Shown: positions 1-10,678, counted from the first letter of the stretch. The stretch: DNA of 64,000 bases from Alphaproteobacteria bacterium (GCA_030425145.1 JAUHVK010000010.1:21362-85361); one strand, 5' to 3'. Notes: generated by a model not told the origin, from the letters alone. Translations and numbers: made by a program.

Positions 1-1530
1 TCGTCGGAAACTGTGGGTCTGAAGGACGATTTCAACGGCCCGATCTGCTACACGCCCGACGGCAACCCGCTGGTCGGTCCGGCTCCGGGTCTGCGCAACA
101 TGTGGCTGGCCGAAGGGTTCTCGTTCGGGATCACGGCAGCGGGCGGCACCGGCTATTACCTTGCCCAGTTGATGGTCGAGGGCGAGGCCGAGATCGACAT
201 GGCGTCGCTCGACCCCAAGCGCTACGGCTCGTGGATGACCACCGAGTACGCGGCGCGTAAGAACGAAGAGGCGTATGAGCACGTCTACATCCTTCACCAC
301 CCGGATGAAGAGCGTCCTGCCTGCCGTCCGCTTCGTACGGCTCCGGCCTATGACCGGCAAAAGGCGCTGGGCGCGCAGTTTGGCCATGTGAATGGTTGGG
401 AGCGTCCGAATTACTACGGGCCGCTGGATGCGGACGAAAACTTTGACCATGATGCGCGGTCGTTCCGCCGGGGTGGCTGGTGGCAATACGCGGTCGACGA
501 AGCCAAGGCGGTACGCGAAGGCGTGGGCCTGATCGACGCGACGGCGTTCACAAAGCATGTCGTCAAAGGACCGGGTGCGACCCAGTTCCTGGACTGGTTC
601 ACCTGTAACAAGCTGCCCAAGGTTGGGCGGATCAACCTGACCTATGCGCTGACGGCGAAAGGCACGACACGGACGGAATACACCATCGTCCGTTTGGCCG
701 AGAACGAGTATTACCTTGTCTCTGCAGGTGCTTGGACTGCTTACGACGCAGATTATCTGCGCAAGGCGGCCGAAGATAAAGCGGACGAGTTCGGGTATAT
801 CGAAATCCAGGATGTGACGACCCAGTGGGGTGTCTTTGCCATCGCTGGGCCGAAGTCGCGCGATGTGCTCAAGGAAATCGTCAAGGATGCCGATCCTGAA
901 ACCGTTCTGGGCAACAAGCGTTTCCCGTGGCTCTCGATGCGCGACATCGAGCTGGGCATGTGCCCGGTGCGCGCGATCCGCGTGGCCTATACCGGTGAGC
1001 TGGGCTGGGAACTGCATCACCCGATCGAGATGCAGAACTACCTTTGGGACCAGCTTATGGCGGCTGGCGCCAAGCATGACATGAAGCTGGTGGGCGCGCG
1101 GGCGCAGAACTGGCTGCGTCAGGAGAAATCCTATCGCGCTTTCGGCACCGAACTGGGCCGCGATGCGAACCCGCTCGAAGCCGATCTGCCGCGGTTTGTG
1201 GATCTTTCAAAGGACTTCCACGGCAAGGCCGAGATGGAAGCAACCGGTGTTCGGGTGAAGTGCTGCACCTTCCTCATTGACGGGCCTGAGGATGCTGATC
1301 CGTGGGGCCGCGAGGCACTTTATGATGGCGAGACTCGCGTGGGGCGTCTGACCTCGGGCGGCTATTCCGTGGCCTTCGGGAAATCCATCGGGATGGGCTA
1401 TGTGAAGCCGGAACTGGCGGTTCCGGGGACCAAACTCAAGGTCAAGATCTTGAACGAGCTTTGGGACGCCGAGGTTGTCGAGGACAGCCCCTACGATCCG
1501 AAGAACGAGGTCATCCGCATTGACGGTTGA
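1..1530 (+). CDS. Dimethylglycine/sarcosine dehydrogenase-family protein (end of the FAD oxidoreductase domain plus GcvT-like aminomethyltransferase domain). The 5' end lies outside the window.
   Basis: The frame is open from nt 1 to TGA 1528-1530. GcvT-type segments are present (YTGELGWELH, GGYSVAFGKSIGMGYV). A palindromic terminator follows. Confidence 0.8.
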   Translation, partial: SSETVGLKDDFNGPICYTPDGNPLVGPAPGLRNMWLAEGFSFGITAAGGTGYYLAQLMVEGEAEIDMASLDPKRYGSWMTTEYAARKNEEAYEHVYILHHPDEERPACRPLRTAPAYDRQKALGAQFGHVNGWERPNYYGPLDADENFDHDARSFRRGGWWQYAVDEAKAVREGVGLIDATAFTKHVVKGPGATQFLDWFTCNKLPKVGRINLTYALTAKGTTRTEYTIVRLAENEYYLVSAGAWTAYDADYLRKAAEDKADEFGYIEIQDVTTQWGVFAIAGPKSRDVLKEIVKDADPETVLGNKRFPWLSMRDIELGMCPVRAIRVAYTGELGWELHHPIEMQNYLWDQLMAAGAKHDMKLVGARAQNWLRQEKSYRAFGTELGRDANPLEADLPRFVDLSKDFHGKAEMEATGVRVKCCTFLIDGPEDADPWGREALYDGETRVGRLTSGGYSVAFGKSIGMGYVKPELAVPGTKLKVKILNELWDAEVVEDSPYDPKNEVIRIDG

Positions 1531-1537
1531 AAAAAGT

Positions 1538-1567
1538 AAAACCGGACGCGTCGACGCGTCCGGTTTT
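1538..1567. terminator. Bidirectional rho-independent terminator (perfect 30-nt palindrome)
   Basis: AAAACCGGACGCGTCGACGCGTCCGGTTTT is self-complementary and has A/T runs on both sides. It sits between convergent genes. Confidence 0.7.
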
Positions 1568-1605
1568 GCCGTTGATGGAAAAACGCCCTTGTCCGGCGGG
1601 GTGTT

Positions 1606-2037
1606 TTAGCCGCGACCGAAATCGGCTGTGGTGACGACGTTGTCGCCGTTTCGGTCCATGCCTGCAAACCACGCGGGAACAGCATCCATGAACTCTTCGC
1701 GTGTGACGTTTCCATCGCCATTGGCATCCGTCACTTCGCGCAGCATTCCGTTGGCCGGATTGCGGTGACCGCCGCCGTGGCCCATGCCATTCTGCTCCAT
1801 ATCCTGCCTGCGCGCCTCGTCGAAAAGGTCGTGCTCTTCCGCTGTTAGGACGCCGTTTTCATCGGCGTCGAAGGTCAGAAACACGTCGCCGCGCCGTTCA
1901 GCGGCTTCGGCCAGCGTGACCTGACCGTCGCCGTCAAGGTCCCAGTTTTCCACGAAATGGCCGCCGGGATTGCCTTGCTGGGCAAAGGCACCTGTCGCAG
2001 CAAAGAGCAGGGCAAGGATAAGGGGGGATTTGGACAT
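1606..2037 (-). CDS. Secreted EF-hand calcium-binding protein (4 EF-hand loops)
   Basis: The start was trimmed to the ATG at 2037, giving signal peptide MSKSPLILALLFAATGAFAQ. The loops are DLDGDGQVT, DADENGVLT, DANGDGNVT and DRNGDNVVT. There is a central GMGHGGGH stretch. Confidence 0.75.
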   Translation of the reverse strand: MSKSPLILALLFAATGAFAQQGNPGGHFVENWDLDGDGQVTLAEAAERRGDVFLTFDADENGVLTAEEHDLFDEARRQDMEQNGMGHGGGHRNPANGMLREVTDANGDGNVTREEFMDAVPAWFAGMDRNGDNVVTTADFGRG

Positions 2038-2116
2038 GATGACCTCATACATATTAAATATTTGGAATATGTATGGGGGTCGATGGGGAACTGCATCCCC
2101 CCAAAGTGTCGCAGGT

Positions 2117-2452
2117 TCAGCTGCGCAATTCGTCGTACACCTCAAGCGCCTTTCCGGCGTACATCAGACCCGGTCCGCCCCCCATCTGGATGCAGGTCGC
2201 CAGCACTTCGGACACTTCCTCGCGTGTTGCTCCGAGACGCACCAAGGCTTCAGTGTGAAACAGGATGCAAGGCTCGCACCGTGTGGCGACGGCGATGCCG
2301 AGGGCGACGTATTCCTTTTCCTTGAAGGACAAGGCAGCGTCATGCTTGACGGTTTTGCCTAGTGCGCCAAAGGCAGCCGTGGTTTCCGGGATCGCGGCGT
2401 TCAGCGATCTCAGCTGCGTTTTTGTGTCGTTCAATTTGGCTTTCCAGCTCAT
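2117..2452 (-). CDS. Carboxymuconolactone decarboxylase / AhpD-like family protein
   Basis: The family-typical CxxC motif is present (RCEPCILFH). I chose the second ATG (2452) because AGGAG lies 6 nt upstream of it. Confidence 0.7.
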   Translation of the reverse strand: MSWKAKLNDTKTQLRSLNAAIPETTAAFGALGKTVKHDAALSFKEKEYVALGIAVATRCEPCILFHTEALVRLGATREEVSEVLATCIQMGGGPGLMYAGKALEVYDELRS

Positions 2453-2538
2453 ATATGGCTCCTGCAATATGTTTGGCTTGCAAGAGCATTCCGGTGCGCG
2501 CCGGTCTTTGATGCAGATCAGGAGAAGCCGGTCCGGAC

Positions 2539-2570
2539 AAAAAAGAAGGCCGGGTAAAATACCCGGCCTT
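2539..2570 (-). terminator. Rho-independent terminator of the acyl-CoA dehydrogenase gene
   Basis: The stem is AAGGCCGGGTA / TACCCGGCCTT (2546-2570) with loop AAA. A T-run follows on the minus strand, 26 nt after the stop. Confidence 0.65.
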
Positions 2571-2595
2571 TGATTGGTGCTCGTTTTGAGGCGGT

Positions 2596-4284
2596 TTAGC
2601 CCAGCAGGCGCCGCGCGATCACCTGCGCCTGAATTTCGGCAGCCCCCTCAAAGATATTGAGGATGCGCGCGTCACACAGGATGCGGCTGATCTTGTATTC
2701 GAGGGCAAAGCCATTGCCGCCGTGGATTTGCAAGGCGTTGTCGGCAGCGGCCCAAGCGACGCGGGCTCCCAGCAGCTTGGCCATACCGGCTTCGAGGTCA
2801 CAGCGGCGACCTTCGTCCTTTTCGCGTGCCGAGAAGTAGGTCAGCTGACGTGCGATCATAAGCTCGACCGCCATCATCGCCAGTTTTGACGCGACGCGCG
2901 GGAAGTTGATCAACGCCTTGCCGAACTGCTTACGATCCTGAGCGTATTTCATGCCTTCGTCCAGCGCGGATTGCGCAACGCCGATGGCGCGGGCGGCGGT
3001 CTGGATGCGGGCGGATTCGAAAGTTTCCATGAGCTGCTTGAAGCCCTTGCCTTCTTCCATGCCGAGCAGATTCTCGCCCTTCACTTTGAAATCGTCGAAG
3101 TTGAGCGTGTATTCCTTCATGCCGCGATAGCCGAGCACTTCGATCTCACCGCCCGAGATGCCCGGATCCTGCCAGGGTTGCTCGTCGGTGCCGGGTGTCT
3201 TTTCGGCAAGGAACATGGACAAGCCACGGTAATCGGTGGTGTCGGGAACGGTCCGGGCAAGAACGGTCATCACATGCGTGCGGGCCGCGTGGGTGATCCA
3301 GGTCTTGTTGCCGTTGATGATCCAATCGCCGTTGTCGTCCTTGACGGCGCGGGTGCGCAGCGAACCAAGGTCAGAGCCAGTGTTCGGTTCGGTAAAGACA
3401 GCGGTGGGCAGGATTTCACCCGAGGCGAGGCCCGGCAGCCACTTGGCTTTCTGTTCTTCCGTGCCACCCGCGATCACCAGTTCTGCCGCGATCTCGGAGC
3501 GTGTGCCGAGAGAGCCGACGCCGATATAGCCGCGCGACAGTTCTTCGGACACAACGCACATGGAGTTCTTGGAGAGACCAAACCCACCGTGTTCCTCAGG
3601 GATCGTCAGGCCGAATACGCCCATCTCGGACAGTTCTTCGATGATCTCCATCGGGATGAGCTCGTCCTTGAGGTGCCACTCGTGAGCAAAGGGTTCCACC
3701 TTGTCGAGGGAGAAGCGGCGGAACTGTTCGCGGATCATGTCGAGCTCATCGTCAAGGCCGCAGGCCCCGACGGTCAGCTCTGCGCTGCGTTCCTGCATGA
3801 GTTCGACAAGACGGACACGGGCGGCTTGGGTGTTGCCGCTTTGGGTCAGTTGCATGACTTCAGGCGTCATCAGCGCGCGCATGTCGTCCTGGCTCAGGCC
3901 GATGTCCTGAAGGCGGACCATTTCGCCCTGGTTCATCTGGATGCCGCCATAGATCTGCCAGAGGTATTCCCCGAAGGCGATCTGGTGGATCAGTTGTTCG
4001 ACTTCACCGAACTTACCGTCGGACTCCAGGCGTTCGGCCCATCCCTGCATCTGGCGCAGCGATTCAATATATGTGGCCAACCACGCCAGCCCGTGCGCAG
4101 CAGTCTGGTTTTCTTCGATCAGCGCACCGGACACGCGGCCATCAGAATCAACCATGCCGCGGACGCGGGAACTGGCCTGCTCTAGAATGGCATTTGCCGG
4201 TTCGACCGCGGCTGCGGTCAGTTTCAGCAGGTCCGGCAGGATCGTTTCTGTGGTCAGGGTCAAGTCTTGTCCGTCGTGGGCCAT
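2596..4284 (-). CDS. Acyl-CoA dehydrogenase family protein (about 562 aa, extended N-terminal domain)
   Basis: The ACAD core is recognisable (TEPNTGSDL, GNKTWITHA, QIHGGNGFALEY). The start was trimmed to MAHDGQDL at 4284. Confidence 0.8.
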   Translation of the reverse strand: MAHDGQDLTLTTETILPDLLKLTAAAVEPANAILEQASSRVRGMVDSDGRVSGALIEENQTAAHGLAWLATYIESLRQMQGWAERLESDGKFGEVEQLIHQIAFGEYLWQIYGGIQMNQGEMVRLQDIGLSQDDMRALMTPEVMQLTQSGNTQAARVRLVELMQERSAELTVGACGLDDELDMIREQFRRFSLDKVEPFAHEWHLKDELIPMEIIEELSEMGVFGLTIPEEHGGFGLSKNSMCVVSEELSRGYIGVGSLGTRSEIAAELVIAGGTEEQKAKWLPGLASGEILPTAVFTEPNTGSDLGSLRTRAVKDDNGDWIINGNKTWITHAARTHVMTVLARTVPDTTDYRGLSMFLAEKTPGTDEQPWQDPGISGGEIEVLGYRGMKEYTLNFDDFKVKGENLLGMEEGKGFKQLMETFESARIQTAARAIGVAQSALDEGMKYAQDRKQFGKALINFPRVASKLAMMAVELMIARQLTYFSAREKDEGRRCDLEAGMAKLLGARVAWAAADNALQIHGGNGFALEYKISRILCDARILNIFEGAAEIQAQVIARRLLG

Positions 4285-4500
4285 GAATCGTGTCCTTTTC
4301 AGCTTTCGCGTTGGATAGCCATTTTGCAGGTGCAGCGCAACAAAAATACCCAAGAGGGCCTGGTATTGTTCCAATCTTTCGCGACGAATTGCTGCTTTGC
4401 GGCAAGTAACGCGTTGCGACTGCAGAAAAACTAAGGGCGAGCGCACCTGATTATGGTGCGCTCGCCCCGCTGTTTCCAAGCGCCTTTCGACGCAGGCGGC

Positions 4501-6099
4501 TTAACCGATCGCGGCCGCTTTCACGTCGTCGTCGATATAGGGCACGTATTGCGCGAAGTTGTCGGCAAACATCTGCACTAGTTTGGTCGCCTGCGCGTCA
4601 TACGCTTCTTTGTCGTTCCAGGTGCGGCGCGGGTCGAGAAGCATGTCCGGCACGCCTTCGACCTTGACCGGCACTTCGAAGCCGAAGTTCGGATCCTTGC
4701 GGAACTCTGCCTCGGCAAGGCTGCCATCCAGTGCGGCTGTCAGCAGGGCGCGGGTTGCCTTGATCGGCATCCGTTCGCCCGAGCCATAGGCGCCACCGGT
4801 CCAGCCGGTGTTGACCAACCAGCAGGTCGCACCGTGCGAGGCGATCTTTTCGCGCAGCAGGTTGCCGTAGACCTCGGGGCGGCGCGGCATGAACGGTGCG
4901 CCGAAGCACGTCGAGAAAGTGGGTTCCGGTTCAGTCACACCACGTTCGGTGCCAGCGACCTTGGAGGTGAACCCGGACAAGAAGTGGTACATCGCCTGCG
5001 CCGGCGTCAGCCGCGAGATCGGGGGAAGGACACCGAATGCATCGCATGTCAGCATGATGATGTTCTTCGGATGCCCGCCAAGCGCGGTCGTCGACGCGTT
5101 CGAAATGTATTCGAGCGGGTAGGCACAGCGCATATTGGCTGTCAGGCTGTCATCCTTGAAATCCAGCTCGAAGGTTTCCGAGTCGAAGACCATGTTTTCG
5201 ATCACGGTGCCGAATTTGGTGGTGGTTGCGTAGATCTCCGGCTCGGCCTCTGCCGACAGGTTGATCGTCTTGGCATAGCAGCCGCCTTCGAAGTTGAAGG
5301 TGCCCCGGTCGGACCAACCGTGTTCGTCATCCCCGATCAGGATACGGTTCGGGTCAGCAGAAAGCGTGGTCTTGCCAGTTCCCGAGAGACCGAAGAAAAT
5401 CGCTGTATCGACCGGATTGCCCACGGCGTGGTTCGCCGAGCAGTGCATCGGCATGATGCCCTTTTCCGGCAGCAGGTAGTTCAGCAGCGAGAAGATCGAT
5501 TTCTTGTTCTCACCGGCGTATTCAGTGCCGCCGATCAGGATGAGCTTCTTGTCGAAGTTCATCGCGATCACGGTTTCGGACCGGCAATTGTGCTTCTTCG
5601 GGTCCGCCTGGAAGGACGGGCAGTTGATGACCGTGAAGTCGGCGGTGAAGCTGTCGAGGTCCTCACGCTCCGGTCGGCGCATCATGTGGCGGATGAACAG
5701 ATTGTGCCACGCCAGTTCCTGAATGAAGCGCACGTCGATGGAGTGCTTGGGGTCCGCGCCGCCGACGAGATCCTGTACGAAGTATTCGCGGCCTTTCATG
5801 TGCTCGAGCATGTCTGCATAGAGGGCGTCGAACCCTTCGGGCGACATCGGCGCGTTGTTATCCCACCAGATCGTATCCGCAACGCTGTCGGTCTTGACGA
5901 CGTGCTTGTCTTTGGGGGACCGGCCGGTGAACTTGCCGGTGGTGACAAGGAACGCGCCACCGTTACCCAGCGTGCCTTCGCCGCGTTTCAGCGCTGCTTC
6001 GATCAGAGCAGGCTCTGTGAGGTTGTAATAGACATTTCCAAGCCCGTTGATCTGTTGATCTTCCAGCCGGAATTCCGGGTTCACCCGTCCAAATGTCAT
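4501..6099 (-). CDS. pckA: Phosphoenolpyruvate carboxykinase (ATP)
   Basis: It is 532 aa from [10 protein letters not shown]. The kinase-1a motif [13 protein letters not shown] is present. Its position next to chvI is typical for alphaproteobacteria. Confidence 0.93.
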   Translation of the reverse strand: MTFGRVNPEFRLEDQQINGLGNVYYNLTEPALIEAALKRGEGTLGNGGAFLVTTGKFTGRSPKDKHVVKTDSVADTIWWDNNAPMSPEGFDALYADMLEHMKGREYFVQDLVGGADPKHSIDVRFIQELAWHNLFIRHMMRRPEREDLDSFTADFTVINCPSFQADPKKHNCRSETVIAMNFDKKLILIGGTEYAGENKKSIFSLLNYLLPEKGIMPMHCSANHAVGNPVDTAIFFGLSGTGKTTLSADPNRILIGDDEHGWSDRGTFNFEGGCYAKTINLSAEAEPEIYATTTKFGTVIENMVFDSETFELDFKDDSLTANMRCAYPLEYISNASTTALGGHPKNIIMLTCDAFGVLPPISRLTPAQAMYHFLSGFTSKVAGTERGVTEPEPTFSTCFGAPFMPRRPEVYGNLLREKIASHGATCWLVNTGWTGGAYGSGERMPIKATRALLTAALDGSLAEAEFRKDPNFGFEVPVKVEGVPDMLLDPRRTWNDKEAYDAQATKLVQMFADNFAQYVPYIDDDVKAAAIG

Positions 6100-6240
6100 T
6101 TGCCAAGCTCCTGTAGCCGCGCTCTTTTGCGGCGGTATTGAAGAGGGACGAAGAGGACGCGTCCCACCCGCGGCGGTACGCCGAAGGTGTTCGCCTCTTA
6201 GCATGCCGTTTCCAAAGCTGAACAGGACGCAATCGCGCAG

Positions 6241-6272
6241 TTAGCGCAACCAAAACGAGTTTAGCGCAACCA
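6241..6272. promoter_or_regulatory. Perfect 12-bp direct repeat TTAGCGCAACCA x2 (20-bp register) in the pckA-chvI intergenic region
   Basis: Copies lie at 6241-6252 and 6261-6272. A degenerate third copy, TTGGCGCAAAC, lies at 6372-6382. I have no evidence for which protein binds. Confidence 0.4.
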
Positions 6273-6443
6273 TGGCCACTCTCCGCCAATGGGTGTGATG
6301 CAAATTAGCCATCCGTAAGGAATTTTCCGTCTGAATATGACCATCGCCGCCGAGTGATTCGCAGAATTGAGTTGGCGCAAACGGAAAAAAGACACATAAT
6401 GGCGGAAAAAATATAATTGAGAGCAGTACAAGGAACACAATCC

Positions 6444-7148
6444 ATGTCGAAAATCGCCCTTGTGGACGATGACAGGAATATCCTGACATCGGTCGCGATT
6501 ACCCTCGAGGCCGAGGGTTTCGAAGTCGAAACCTACAATGATGGACAGGCCGCATTGGACGCATTCAACAAGAAAATGCCGGATATGGCCGTCTTTGACA
6601 TCAAGATGCCGCGCATGGATGGCATGGACCTGCTTCAGCGGGTGCGCCAGAAATCGAAGATGCCGGTGATCTTCCTCACCTCCAAAGACGACGAGATTGA
6701 CGAAGTTCTGGGACTCCGCATGGGTGCGGATGACTATGTCAAGAAACCGTTTTCTCAGCGCCTTCTGGTCGAACGCATCCGCGCACTGCTGCGGCGTCAG
6801 GAAGCGATTTCCGGCGATGCGACCGGCGGTGAGGTCGAAGAAACAAAGCTCATGGTGCGTGGCAACCTGACGATGGATCCGCTGCGCCACTCGGTGTCCT
6901 GGAAGGGGCAGGACGTGTCGCTGACCGTCACGGAATTTCTGCTATTGCAAGCACTTGCGCAGCGCCCGGGCTTCGTGAAGTCGCGCGATCAGTTGATGGA
7001 TGTGGCCTATGATGATCAGGTCTATGTCGACGACCGTACGATCGACAGCCACATCAAGCGCCTGCGCAAAAAGATGCGTACGGTTGACAATGATTTCTCG
7101 GCGATCGAAACGCTTTACGGCATTGGATATCGTTACAACGAAGAATGA
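6444..7148 (+). CDS. chvI: OmpR-family response regulator ChvI
   Basis: It has a receiver domain ([13 protein letters not shown]) and a winged-helix output (GIGYRY). It lies next to pckA and overlaps the kinase gene by ATGA. Confidence 0.85.
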   Translation: MSKIALVDDDRNILTSVAITLEAEGFEVETYNDGQAALDAFNKKMPDMAVFDIKMPRMDGMDLLQRVRQKSKMPVIFLTSKDDEIDEVLGLRMGADDYVKKPFSQRLLVERIRALLRRQEAISGDATGGEVEETKLMVRGNLTMDPLRHSVSWKGQDVSLTVTEFLLLQALAQRPGFVKSRDQLMDVAYDDQVYVDDRTIDSHIKRLRKKMRTVDNDFSAIETLYGIGYRYNEE

Positions 7149-8863
7149 CCATGGCTTTGGTTGAGGGTGTGACCCACGGCAAGGACAGCGGCCGCAAGGA
7201 TGCGGATGTTGTGCTCGGGGACGATTGGGTCGCCCCCGACAAAACCGTTGATTCCGAAGTCCGGAGCATCCGCGAGAAGCGCGGTTTGTTTTCGCTCAAC
7301 CGGTCACCGCTCACACGCAAGATCATCACCTTCAATCTGGTTGCCCTCAATTTCCTTGTTGCGGGCATCCTATTTCTGAACTCGTCGCGGGACACTCTGG
7401 CCGAGCAAAAGGCTGAGGCTGTCCGCATCGAAGCGGAACTGATCGCGGATGTCTTCGAGGCGCAGGTCATGCAAGGCCAAGCGGTCAATCTTGCGACGGG
7501 CGAGGGGATCAGCGTCTCTGAAACGCTCGACAACCTTGAGATGCGACCGGGATTGCAGGTCTTCGTTTTCGACGCGGCCCGTTTTCTGGTCGGGAATGCG
7601 GATGCGAGCACTGAGGGTGCCGCACTATCCATTGCGGAAAAGCCGACCGTTATTTCGGACTTCCTTCTTACGGTCTGGAACAGCGTGTCGTCGATCTTTG
7701 GTGCTGACACGAATTTGCAGCCACTGACGTTCGAAGACATCCTGCGACGCCAGATCGAAGAAACCGACCCGACACAGACGCGCGTCGAACGGTCGGAAGG
7801 TGAAAACGGAGAAACCATTTTCACCGCGCTCAGCCCGATCACGGTTGAAAACGGAGTAGCGGGCACAATTGCATTGGTCAGTTTTGCCCCAGAAATCGAC
7901 GCCGCGGTGCGGCTCGAAAGGGAGAGCGTGTTGCAGATGTTCGTCATCGCCACGCTCGTGTCCATTGGCCTGAGCCTTGTTCTGGCATCGACCATTTCCA
8001 ATCCGATTTCGAACCTTGCCGATGCTGCCGAAGTCGGGCGTGATCGCAACCGCCGCAATGTGTCGTCCGGCCGAATTCGTATTCCGGACCTCACGGCGCG
8101 CCCGGATGAAATCGGGCGTCTGTCGGGTGCGCTGCGTGGCATGGTGGCAGCGCTCTACGACCGTATCGACGCAAACGAACAGTTCGCGGCGGATGTTGCG
8201 CATGAGATCAAGAACCCGCTGGCGTCCCTTCGGTCTGCTGTGGGAACACTGCGGCTTGCCAAACGCCCTGACCAAGTTGAGCGTCTGCTTGACGTGATTG
8301 ACCACGATGTACGCCGATTGGACCGTTTGGTCAGCGACATTTCCAATGCGTCGCGTTTGGACAGCGAACTGGTCAAAGAGGAAGAAGCGGAATTCAATCT
8401 CCTCGACATGCTCAAGAATCTTTCGCAGTTCCTTGGCGAAGATGCAAAGAGGCGCGGGATCGAGTTCATCTCTGACCTGCCGGACCGCGCGATCATGGTG
8501 CACGGTCTGGAAGCGCGACTCGCGCAGGTGTTTGTCAATCTGATCACCAATGCGATCAGCTTTTGTGAAGACGGCGATGCAATCCGGCTTTGGGCACGCC
8601 GCCGTGAAAATCGAGTGTTGATCGTTGTCGAAGATACGGGGCCCGGTATCCCTGACGAGGCTTTGACCAAGATTTTCAAACGCTTTTATTCGCAGCGTCC
8701 GGAAACCGATTTCGGCAACAATTCCGGGCTGGGTCTGGCGATTTCGAAACAGATCGTCGAGGCGCATGGCGGTGTGATCTGGGCAGAAAACATTCGCCCC
8801 ACGGAAGCTGACGCGACATCCGAACCGCTCGGCGCGCGATTCGTCGTCGGCATGCCGTTGTAA
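7145..8863 (+). CDS. chvG: Sensor histidine kinase ChvG/ExoS-type
   Basis: The H-box is [12 protein letters not shown] and the N/G boxes are [14 protein letters not shown] and [11 protein letters not shown]. It is translationally coupled to chvI. Confidence 0.85.
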   Translation: MTMALVEGVTHGKDSGRKDADVVLGDDWVAPDKTVDSEVRSIREKRGLFSLNRSPLTRKIITFNLVALNFLVAGILFLNSSRDTLAEQKAEAVRIEAELIADVFEAQVMQGQAVNLATGEGISVSETLDNLEMRPGLQVFVFDAARFLVGNADASTEGAALSIAEKPTVISDFLLTVWNSVSSIFGADTNLQPLTFEDILRRQIEETDPTQTRVERSEGENGETIFTALSPITVENGVAGTIALVSFAPEIDAAVRLERESVLQMFVIATLVSIGLSLVLASTISNPISNLADAAEVGRDRNRRNVSSGRIRIPDLTARPDEIGRLSGALRGMVAALYDRIDANEQFAADVAHEIKNPLASLRSAVGTLRLAKRPDQVERLLDVIDHDVRRLDRLVSDISNASRLDSELVKEEEAEFNLLDMLKNLSQFLGEDAKRRGIEFISDLPDRAIMVHGLEARLAQVFVNLITNAISFCEDGDAIRLWARRRENRVLIVVEDTGPGIPDEALTKIFKRFYSQRPETDFGNNSGLGLAISKQIVEAHGGVIWAENIRPTEADATSEPLGARFVVGMPL

Positions 8864-8871
8864 GCTCTGCC

Positions 8872-9312
8872 ATGGCGGGCGGCGAAACTCTGGTCCAACA
8901 TGCCACCGCCGTTGCCGTCGGAAACAAGGCGGTCCTGATCACCGGAGCTTCGGGCAGTGGTAAGTCCAGCCTCGCGCTTGAAATGATGGTTCGCGGCGCG
9001 GTTCTGGTGGCTGATGATCGGGTGGAACTGTCGCGCATCGGGTCGAAAGTGATGCTCAGCTGTCCGGACGCATTGCGGGGAATGATCGAAGCGCGCGGCG
9101 TCGGTCTTCTGCACGCTGATTATGTGTCCCCGGTCGCGTTGGCATTGGTCGTCGATCTCGACGAATCCGAAGAGCAACGTTTGCCACCGCGCCGGAGCAT
9201 CACGACTCTCTCCAAAACATTTCCGTTGCTTCACAAAGTGGAGTCCCGACATTTTCCTGCCGCCGTTTTACAATATCTACGCAGCGACGGTCGGGCCGAC
9301 GCTGAGTCCTGA
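8872..9312 (+). CDS. hprK: HPr kinase/phosphorylase, short alphaproteobacterial form (C-terminal catalytic domain only)
   Basis: It is 146 aa with the P-loop GASGSGKSSLALEMM. It occupies the conserved position after chvG. Confidence 0.8.
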   Translation: MAGGETLVQHATAVAVGNKAVLITGASGSGKSSLALEMMVRGAVLVADDRVELSRIGSKVMLSCPDALRGMIEARGVGLLHADYVSPVALALVVDLDESEEQRLPPRRSITTLSKTFPLLHKVESRHFPAAVLQYLRSDGRADAES

Positions 9313-9328
9313 GCGTGGAAATGGAAGA

Positions 9329-10252
9329 ATGACGACGCAACCGAAGCCAACGCGTGTGGTCCTGGTCACGGGGCCTTCCGGAGCTGGACGAAGCACCGCG
9401 ATCAACGTCCTTGAGGACCTTGGTTTTGAGGCAATCGACAATATTCCGCTTCGCATGATCCCCAGGCTATTTGATGGTGATCCTCTGTCGCATCCGCTTG
9501 CGCTTGGGATTGATGTCCGCAACCGCGACTTCTCTCTGGCACGGCTGCTGGAGCTTCATACCGACTTGGCGTGTCAAACAGACGGAAACGCGACACTCCT
9601 TTACCTTGATTGCCGCCCAGACATCCTCTTGCGTCGCTATTCCGAAACGCGCCGTCGGCATCCCCTGGCGCCGGGTGAGACACCTGAAATCGGCATCGCG
9701 CGCGAAATCGAGCTTTTGCGGCCGGTTGAGAGCCGTGCCGACATCCTCATCGATACGTCACACCTGTCGCCGCATGATCTCAAGGCAGAACTGCACGGAT
9801 GGTTCGCTGATGCGTCATCGCAGCGCCTTTCGGTTTCCATGCAGTCGTTTTCATTCAAGCGAGGCATCCCGCACGGTGTCGACATAGTGTTCGACTGCCG
9901 GTTCCTGTCGAATCCGCATTGGGAACCCGGCTTGCGCGACAAGACCGGGTTGGACGAAGAGGTGCATAGCTTCGTCGCATCGGACACGCGGCTGGTCCCC
10001 TTTGTCGACAGAATCGGGGACATGCTGGCGTTTCTGTTGCCCGAGGTGGACCGCGAGGGCAAAACACATGTTTCTGTCGCCATAGGGTGTACCGGTGGGC
10101 AACACAGGTCGGTTGTCGTAACGGAACGTGTGGCGCGCACCCTTGCGGAGCAGGGCTGGCGGGTGTCAATTGACCACAAAGAACTGGCGCGCCGTGGGCT
10201 TGCGCCAACTGGTGGAGCTGCAGTGTTGGGTCTTGGAGGAACGGGAGAGTGA
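9329..10252 (+). CDS. rapZ: RNase adapter / nucleotide-binding protein RapZ (YhbJ)
   Basis: The start was trimmed to MTTQPKPTRV. It has the Walker A motif VTGPSGAGRSTA and the C-terminal motif GCTGGQHRSV. Confidence 0.85.
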   Translation: MTTQPKPTRVVLVTGPSGAGRSTAINVLEDLGFEAIDNIPLRMIPRLFDGDPLSHPLALGIDVRNRDFSLARLLELHTDLACQTDGNATLLYLDCRPDILLRRYSETRRRHPLAPGETPEIGIAREIELLRPVESRADILIDTSHLSPHDLKAELHGWFADASSQRLSVSMQSFSFKRGIPHGVDIVFDCRFLSNPHWEPGLRDKTGLDEEVHSFVASDTRLVPFVDRIGDMLAFLLPEVDREGKTHVSVAIGCTGGQHRSVVVTERVARTLAEQGWRVSIDHKELARRGLAPTGGAAVLGLGGTGE

Positions 10253-10650
10253 TCGGGATCGTGATCGTTGCTCACGGTGGTTTGGCGCAGGAGTATCTTT
10301 CTGCTGTCGAGCATGTTGTGGGAAACCAGCCCGGCATGGTTGCTGTCTCGATCGACGCAGACCACAACAGGGACGCCAAGCAAGACGAGATTTGCATCTT
10401 GGCCGATCAAGTTGATACCGGTGGTGGTGTTGTCATTGTGACGGACATGTTCGGCGGTTCCCCATCGAACCTCAGCTTGCGCGCATGCCAGCCCGAAAAC
10501 CGCCGCATCGTCTATGGCGCAAATCTGCCAATGTTGATCAAATTGGCGAAAAGTCGCGACAAAACAGTGCCCGAAGCAGTGCGCGCAGCGCTGGATGCCG
10601 GGCGGAAATATATTGACAGCCAAGACATAACTATTGATCAGAGCGTTTGA
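10249..10650 (+). CDS. PTS EIIA component, mannose/fructose type
   Basis: It has a GTG start overlapping the rapZ stop. The N-terminus IVIVAHGGLAQE carries the catalytic His context. Length is 133 aa. Confidence 0.8.
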   Translation: MIGIVIVAHGGLAQEYLSAVEHVVGNQPGMVAVSIDADHNRDAKQDEICILADQVDTGGGVVIVTDMFGGSPSNLSLRACQPENRRIVYGANLPMLIKLAKSRDKTVPEAVRAALDAGRKYIDSQDITIDQSV

Positions 10651-10678
10651 TCAAGAGGGTTGAGGGAGGCTCAGCACT

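Noticed and set aside
1538-1567. The perfect 30-nt palindrome as a special protein-binding site.
   Set aside because: Its position between convergent genes and its flanking A/T runs are fully explained by a bidirectional intrinsic terminator.
2971-4185. Many long ORFs lie antisense to confident genes. Examples are 2971-4185, 4834-6141, 7054-8142, 7625-8767, 9637-10623, 13844-14833, 18981-20255, 34738-36093, 45673-46650 and 53214-54434.
   Set aside because: They are typical shadow ORFs of GC-rich genes. Their translations are Arg/Ala/Gly/Pro-rich low complexity without motifs, and each is fully covered by a gene with clear family signatures on the other strand.
8872-9312. The 146-aa HprK as a truncated pseudogene.
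   Set aside because: A short HprK with the catalytic domain only is the normal form in alphaproteobacteria. Here it has an intact P-loop and sits in the conserved operon position.
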